Part shown: positions 62,501-64,000 of the stretch, in pieces
Numbering within the stretch: the first letter of the stretch is position 1
Layout: each line of letters begins with the position of its first letter
Source of the DNA: Octopus sinensis
Taxonomy: Eukaryota
Assembly (NCBI RefSeq): GCF_006345805.1
Contig: NC_042997.1
Coordinates: 207,886,001-207,950,000, forward strand
DNA: 64,000 nucleotides
Direction of reading: 5' to 3'
Notes under the pieces: generated by a model
What the model saw: the letters and a program-made list of their open reading frames with translations, nothing else
Told to the model about the DNA's origin: nothing
Database searches by the model: none
Position numbers and translations under genes: made by a program

Positions 62501-63471
62501 TCTTTAAGAAAGAGGAAATGTGCAAGATTCATCGATATATAAGATTCATAAATTAAAGATTGCTTAAAGTTATCAATTTTGGTTTTTATATCATTAACTA
62601 CAGCATCAACAGCAACAATAGAATCTTCTCCAAAAAAACAGAAATCTGGAAACTCTTCTTTTAGACTTTCAAAATATGTCAGCCACTTTCCATGATTTGG
62701 AGTATCCTTAATTTTGTCTACAAAATCCAGTGTATTGGCAACAAAAGTTTCTTTCATGATTTCTTCCAAAAGTGAAAGATGTGTTTTATCACTTGCATAA
62801 AGTATTACTGAATCACCATCACCCGTTTCCCATGAACCGATACATTTTTTTCTCAGTTTTCATCAAGATATTCTTTCACTGATTTTTTATTTATGATCAT
62901 TCCAGTATTTAAAGGCAAACACAATTCAGATTTTACAATTGACCGAAGAATTTCATACATATTCTTTTGACAATTAGTTACTTTGGAATACTGGCCTTCA
63001 AAATAACTTTGTTACTTTCAGCTGTGACTTTTAGACCTTCAAATTGTCTTTCTGCATCCGCAAAAAATTCGAGACCAGACAGAATACGTCTTTCGTGAAT
63101 ATTTAACTCATCCTCACGTTCCATTCTAAGATTATCCAAAATTTCATCTGGAACATCAATAATTTCAATAGTAATGGAATTTAATAAATCTTTCAAACAC
63201 CGTTCAATTTCCTCAAAATTTTCTTCAGAATATTTTAATTTCAGTTTATTAAACTTGGAATCTTTCCAAATTACTTCAGCCCATCTCTTTAATTGGTCAT
63301 TAACTATGATTTTATGTTTCTTTAAGAAAGTCAGATGGAACTGGGAAGGTAGTAAATAGTCATGGACTTGCTGGCTTGAAATGGTATTTTCTTCAAATGG
63401 TTCCCAGAACGGTTGAACATCTAACTCCACATCTTCCAATTGATGTCGTCTTCTACAAACGTCCAGCACAA
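3918..63471 (-). CDS. PARP14: Multi-exon macrodomain-containing poly/mono(ADP-ribosyl)transferase, PARP14-like (partial: N-terminal region, macrodomain 1, macrodomain 2; both gene ends outside the window)
   Basis: Seven exons with GT-AG boundaries in collinear order. The spliced product has macro 1 ([34 protein letters not shown]|GFEIQAES...HAVRPIW...[10 protein letters not shown]|ILGIP) and macro 2 (LDVIVNSTN...[11 protein letters not shown]...[15 protein letters not shown]...FVVYPQD). The catalytic domain was not seen, so the PARP14 versus PARP9/15 assignment is inferred. Confidence 0.8.
4140..4450 (+). pseudogene. Old LINE apurinic-endonuclease fragment
   Basis: Degenerate QKDLSHG..GVV and [17 protein letters not shown] motifs resembling APE of CR1/L2-type LINEs. 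Confidence 0.35.
4731..4806 (+). ncRNA. Type I hammerhead ribozyme motif (partly degenerate)
   Basis: CTGTCA-CTGATGA-stem II-GAAA-ATACGTGA-TC-TGGCAG; stem I CTGTCA/TGGCAG extended by TGCTACAGG/CCTGTAGCA. Confidence 0.6.
5360..10180 (+). mobile_element. Tx1-like (L1 clade) LINE, decayed near-full-length copy
   Basis: ORF1 is T/N-rich at the start and has a CCHC knuckle ([14 protein letters not shown]). ORF2 has APE ([26 protein letters not shown]) and RT ([37 protein letters not shown]). Many stops and an internal deletion; ends at AATAAA followed by (CTAT)n. Confidence 0.88.
7498..7953. mobile_element. Solo-LTR-like insertion (456 bp) inside the Tx1 RT
   Basis: TGTAG...CTACA termini and 4-bp flanks TGCT/TTCT; interrupts a Tx1 sequence that is contiguous in the second copy (about 19670-19700). 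Confidence 0.7.
10181..10352. repeat. Compound (CTAT)n/(CTGT)n/(CCAT)n microsatellite
   Basis: Direct reading. Confidence 0.9.
10382..10624. mobile_element. Palindromic MITE-like element (243 bp), TGT...ACA ends, 4-bp TSD AGGT
   Basis: About 48-bp near-perfect TIRs (TGTAGCGTAGCTCAGTGATATCCTCACTGTTTGAGAGAAATCATAGAA), further internal inverted symmetry, and AGGT at 10378-81 and 10625-28. Confidence 0.9.
11085..12665 (+). mobile_element. Tx1-like LINE ORF1 fragment, interrupted by an RTE 3' UTR insertion
   Basis: T/N-rich start, NFVDMLK, then [10 protein letters not shown]...[15 protein letters not shown]; similar to ORF1 at 5360 and 16670. Confidence 0.75.
11567..12096 (-). mobile_element. 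RTE-clade LINE 3' UTR-only insertion with an internal minisatellite of about 60 bp
   Basis: (CAT)n tail and CGTCC..CCATGCTAGCATGG terminal hairpin, matching the 3' end of the full RTE at 54900-54975. Confidence 0.85.
13017..16668 (+). mobile_element. CR1-clade LINE with near-intact ORF1 and ORF2 (APE and RT), 3'-truncated
   Basis: ORF1 13014-14381 lies in one frame with two TAA stops and a Cys-rich start. ORF2 has [53 protein letters not shown] and YADDIKLY, with one stop (14933-35) and one frameshift (about 15480). Confidence 0.9.
16669..22258 (+). mobile_element. Tx1-like LINE, second decayed copy
   Basis: ORF1 ([25 protein letters not shown]), APE at about 18340-19100 and RT fragments homologous to the copy at 5360; ends within ORF2 at (CTAT)n. 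Confidence 0.85.
19996..21340 (+). mobile_element. 5'-truncated RTE-group LINE with an uninterrupted RT ORF, nested in Tx1
   Basis: 13-bp TSD ATGGGTGGGGCAC (19983-95 and 21341-53). The ORF runs open to 21332: [44 protein letters not shown]. Short (GAT)-type tail. Confidence 0.92.
22620..25030 (-). mobile_element. RTE-clade LINE, 3' half (RT C-terminus and 3' UTR)
   Basis: [12 protein letters not shown]...[26 protein letters not shown] on the minus strand; (CAT)n tail at about 22625-22670. Confidence 0.85.
25031..26732 (+). mobile_element. RTE-clade LINE, 3' part, head-to-head with the previous copy
   Basis: QGSVLSPLL and LLYADDL motifs, then a 3' UTR ending GGATGTTAAATGATGATGAT. Confidence 0.85.
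26772..26998 (-). CDS. PARP14: PARP14-like exon, macrodomain 2 C-terminus
   Basis: ttatttttttag|ATC acceptor and AAG|GTTGGT donor; [36 protein letters not shown]...[14 protein letters not shown]; needs one extra nt near 26995 to join the upstream phase-0 exon. Confidence 0.9.
27579..27806 (-). CDS. PARP14: PARP14-like exon, macrodomain 2 middle
   Basis: tactttttcag|CTT acceptor and TCA|GTAAGT donor; 228 nt open: [35 protein letters not shown]...[25 protein letters not shown]. Confidence 0.92.
28085..28221 (-). CDS. PARP14: PARP14-like exon, linker and start of macrodomain 2
   Basis: tttatttccag|AC acceptor (phase 1) and TCT|GTGAGT donor; [45 protein letters not shown]; missed by the ORF track. 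Confidence 0.85.
28315..28440 (+). mobile_element. SINE fragment (same family as the 63676-64000 tandem)
   Basis: AATTTTGGCACAGGGCC...CAACTGGTTCTCATTTTATTGACC, shared with 63700-63790. Confidence 0.6.
29326..29687 (-). mobile_element. RTE 3' UTR-only insertion
   Basis: (CAT)n tail, CCATGCTAGCATGG hairpin and minisatellite; splits the GCKD|QLLID-like segment of the host R4 element. Confidence 0.85.
29790..29928 (+). mobile_element. Short RTE 3'-end insertion
   Basis: AGGAAGGGCATACAGCTGTAGAAAC...GGCATTAAACAATGATGATGATG. Confidence 0.8.
31735..33135 (-). mobile_element. RTE-clade LINE RT fragment
   Basis: [17 protein letters not shown]...NNYRGIKLL...[12 protein letters not shown]. Confidence 0.85.
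33245..33291 (-). ncRNA. Minimal hammerhead ribozyme (Penelope-type)
   Basis: GTCT-CTGATGA-T-GGGAT(ATTTTCAA)ATCCC-T-GAAA-CAGCTG-TA-AGAC; palindromic stem III ACAGCTGT; GUA cleavage triplet. Confidence 0.8.
33573..33626 (-). ncRNA. Minimal hammerhead ribozyme in the 3' pLTR
   Basis: AGCAAAAACTGT-CTGATGA-A-CG(GCAA)CG-A-GAAA-CTCAGAG-TA-ACAGATTTTGTT; GNRA-capped stem II and palindromic stem III ACTCAGAGT. Confidence 0.8.
35985..36036 (+). ncRNA. Hammerhead ribozyme, inverted pLTR copy
   Basis: Reverse-complement copy of 33573-33626 with a small deletion in the 5' strand of stem I. Confidence 0.72.
36317..36372 (-). CDS. Candidate 56-nt linker exon of the PARP14-like gene
   Basis: gtttctttccttgaacag|GT acceptor and GTG|GTAAGC donor; open as [19 protein letters not shown] (phase 1 to 0). 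The phases do not reconcile with its neighbours on their own. Confidence 0.35.
36873..37283 (-). mobile_element. SINE with a tRNA-like head and an RTE-like (GAT)n tail
   Basis: Head shared with 44300-44440 and 61875-62030 (GACCAAAGCCTTG...GGAAACTGA); the 3' end resembles the RTE tail. Confidence 0.65.
37407..37585 (-). CDS. PARP14: PARP14-like exon, macrodomain 1 C-terminus
   Basis: tttataacag|GTATT acceptor (phase 1); [60 protein letters not shown]; donor GAG|GTAGGA (the donor is less certain). Confidence 0.85.
38285..39900 (-). mobile_element. Penelope-like element 3' end (GIY-YIG remnant, long 3' UTR, pLTR)
   Basis: [19 protein letters not shown]...TSLTNH at 39664-39861, a C..C.KE remnant at about 39570, and a hammerhead downstream. 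Confidence 0.7.
38530..38611 (-). ncRNA. Hammerhead ribozyme with an extended stem II
   Basis: ATGTCT-CTGATGA-[long hairpin TGGC..CCAG..ATGGG(AATGTTAA)CCCAT..CTGG..GCCCA]-GAAA-CAGCTG-TA-AGACAT. Confidence 0.85.
40120..41100 (-). mobile_element. R4/Dong-type LINE 3' fragment
   Basis: The minus strand has the [22 protein letters not shown]-terminus; the 3' end abuts TAA/TGA repeats at about 40020-40110. Confidence 0.7.
41160..42390 (-). mobile_element. R4/Dong-type LINE 3' fragment, further subfamily
   Basis: [26 protein letters not shown] and [17 protein letters not shown]; the 3' end abuts TAA/TGA repeats at about 41120-41160. Confidence 0.8.
42701..43167. repeat. Direct repeat of about 135 bp, period about 334 bp
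   Basis: TAATTATCGGCAATG...CCCAAAGCAAACTTGCTTGTT at 42701-42838 and 43035-43167. Confidence 0.85.
43260..44190 (+). mobile_element. RTE-clade LINE APE/linker fragment
   Basis: GDFNGHVG...[23 protein letters not shown]. Confidence 0.8.
44300..44770 (-). mobile_element. Two adjacent decayed SINEs
   Basis: 44300-44440 matches the head of the 36873 SINE; 44590-44770 has GTCTTGTTCAAGGACACAA...CCTAACCAATAAGCC, typical of a reverse-complemented tRNA-derived head. Confidence 0.5.
44848..45096 (-). CDS. PARP14: PARP14-like exon, macrodomain 1 middle
   Basis: tctttgcag|GTGGG acceptor and ACAG|GTAAGA donor; phase 1 to 1, 249 nt; [45 protein letters not shown]...SIAIPAIST. Confidence 0.93.
45190..46722 (+). 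mobile_element. RTE-clade LINE 3' part, internally deleted
   Basis: [15 protein letters not shown] remnants, then a 3' UTR ending GATGTTAAATGATAACGATGATGAT. Confidence 0.8.
46745..47460 (+). mobile_element. Penelope-like GIY-YIG endonuclease remnant
   Basis: PLKDN..CL.KELI..A, KTYI.MT..LFKERY..H..SF, IKWNI..KA..Y, CELCI.E, LN; frameshifted. Confidence 0.65.
48007..48270 (-). mobile_element. RTE 3' UTR-only insertion
   Basis: CATCATCATTATCGTTTAATGTC tail plus the conserved GGATGCCCTTCCTAATGCCAACCACTCCGAGAG block. Confidence 0.8.
48290..48490 (-). mobile_element. CR1-type LINE 3' terminus
   Basis: The minus strand reads [21 protein letters not shown] and ends in a short tandem tail TTCTAAGTTA x2. 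Confidence 0.55.
48487..49515 (-). mobile_element. RTE-clade LINE 5' fragment (APE and RT) with an in-frame internal deletion
   Basis: [34 protein letters not shown]|[10 protein letters not shown] and NNYRGIKLL. Confidence 0.85.
50660..54975 (+). mobile_element. RTE-clade LINE, near-full-length and decayed
   Basis: APE ([27 protein letters not shown]), RT ([35 protein letters not shown]), 3' UTR minisatellite and (GAT)n tail; many stops; the 5' boundary is approximate. Confidence 0.9.
52757..53326 (+). repeat. 285-bp tandem duplication inside the RTE RT
   Basis: 52757-53041 is repeated at 53042-53326 and looks identical by eye, including stops and a deletion. Confidence 0.9.
55070..55700 (-). 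pseudogene. Old CR1/Jockey-type RT C-terminal remnant
   Basis: Weak LE...IW / P..I..V..LQ..FT / L.L.T...RR-like motifs. Confidence 0.3.
56192..56896 (-). mobile_element. Internally deleted mariner (Mos1-like) DNA transposon
   Basis: About 30-bp TIRs (T/C)TGGGTTG..CGGAAAGTT.GTGCCGATTT and a TA TSD. The HTH region ([34 protein letters not shown]) joins directly to the C-terminal DIAPSDF, so most of the catalytic DD34D core is deleted. Confidence 0.93.
57520..58170. mobile_element. Foldback/MITE-like imperfect inverted repeat (arms about 270 bp)
   Basis: AAAAATCACGTTTTCAAAATTTTTATTTCCC...AAAAATACAGAGATTAC at 57550-57660 is mirrored at 58030-58150, and inner arms at about 57700-57790 and 57915-58000 also pair. 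Confidence 0.65.
59385..59945. repeat. (TATG)n microsatellite with (CATG)n islands, about 560 bp
   Basis: Direct reading; explains all HTYI/MYVC ORFs in this interval. Confidence 0.97.
59950..61260 (+). mobile_element. Penelope-like element (RT C-terminal half and GIY-YIG), decayed
   Basis: [53 protein letters not shown] and [18 protein letters not shown]. Confidence 0.85.
61875..62030 (-). mobile_element. SINE head fragment
   Basis: Reverse complement shows GGTTCAATTCCACTC...GGACAAGTGTCTTCTG...CCAAAGCCTTG..GTGGATTT, the same family as 44300. Confidence 0.55.
62070..63471 (-). CDS. PARP14: PARP14-like large exon: N-terminal helical/KH-like region and start of macrodomain 1 (two apparent 1-nt deletions)
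   Basis: Acceptor tttttcataatttag at 63473-72 and donor AAAG|GTTAGT at 62070/69. ORFs 62978-63469 and 62065-62769 join through an open intermediate frame ([41 protein letters not shown]) if one A is added at about 62983 and one at about 62858. Ends in [16 protein letters not shown]...AIVQKG. Confidence 0.9.
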
Positions 63472-63675
63472 CTAAATTATGAAAAAGTAAAAAGATAAAA
63501 TCATTTCGTTAGTGAGGGATTAGGGGTGAGCTGGGGAGTTCAGTGGGTAAAGAGAGAAAAATATTAGGAGACAAAGTTATGTTATTATTATAATACATTA
63601 GCAAACAGGAAAATAAAATCAACATTTAACTGATACTAAGAAAACACTATCTCTATTAATTATAATAAATACTAG

Positions 63676-64000
63676 AAACATCACTGGAATTTTGGCTTCA
63701 AATTTTGGCACAAGGCCAGATATTTCAGGAGAGTGGCTAAGTCAATTACATCAACCCTAGTGCTCAACTGGTACTTATTTTATTGACCATAAACATCACT
63801 GGAATTTTGGTTTCGAATTTTGGCACAAGGCCAGCAATTTCAGGAGAGTGTCTAAGTCAATTACATCACCCCAGTGCTCAACTGGTACTTATTTTATTGA
63901 CCATAAACATCACTGGAATTTTGGTTTCAAATTTTGGCACAAGGCCAGCAATTTCAGGAGAGTGTCTAAGTCAATTACATCAACCCCAGTGCTCAACTGG
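63676..64000 (+). repeat. Tandem array (about 115-bp period, at least 3 units) of a SINE fragment
   Basis: AAACATCACTGGAATTTTGG starts at 63676, 63791 and 63905; the array runs off the window edge. Confidence 0.9.

Noticed and set aside
1-64000. rRNA genes, tRNA genes, PARP catalytic or WWE exons
   Set aside because: None were recognised; the tRNA-like sequences are decayed SINE heads.

Overview
Eukaryotic, AT-rich, repeat-saturated genomic DNA. The repeat landscape looks like a coleoid cephalopod, most likely Octopus; this is an inference from recognised repeat families, not a database result. The only host gene supported is a minus-strand, multi-exon macrodomain-PARP (PARP14-like) that enters at the right edge and leaves at the left. 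Seven exons (62070-63471, 44848-45096, 37407-37585, 28085-28221, 27579-27806, 26772-26998, 3918-3972) encode a long N-terminal region and two macrodomains; the WWE and catalytic exons are not in the window. Exons total about 2.5 kb of 64 kb. The reading frame needs three 1-nt insertions, and one junction has an unresolved phase mismatch. The introns (up to 22.8 kb) are nested layers of R4/Dong, Tx1-like, CR1 and RTE LINEs, SINEs, at least six Penelope-like pieces with hammerhead ribozyme motifs, a solo LTR, a palindromic MITE, a deleted mariner, a probable non-autonomous Helitron and microsatellites. No rRNA, tRNA gene or CRISPR array was found. The best leads are a palindromic 243-bp element built from the left end of a nearby LTR-like element and inserted with its own 4-bp TSD, and sense-strand hammerheads with identical palindromic stem III on either side of a PARP exon. 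I found no clear wholly new multi-gene system.
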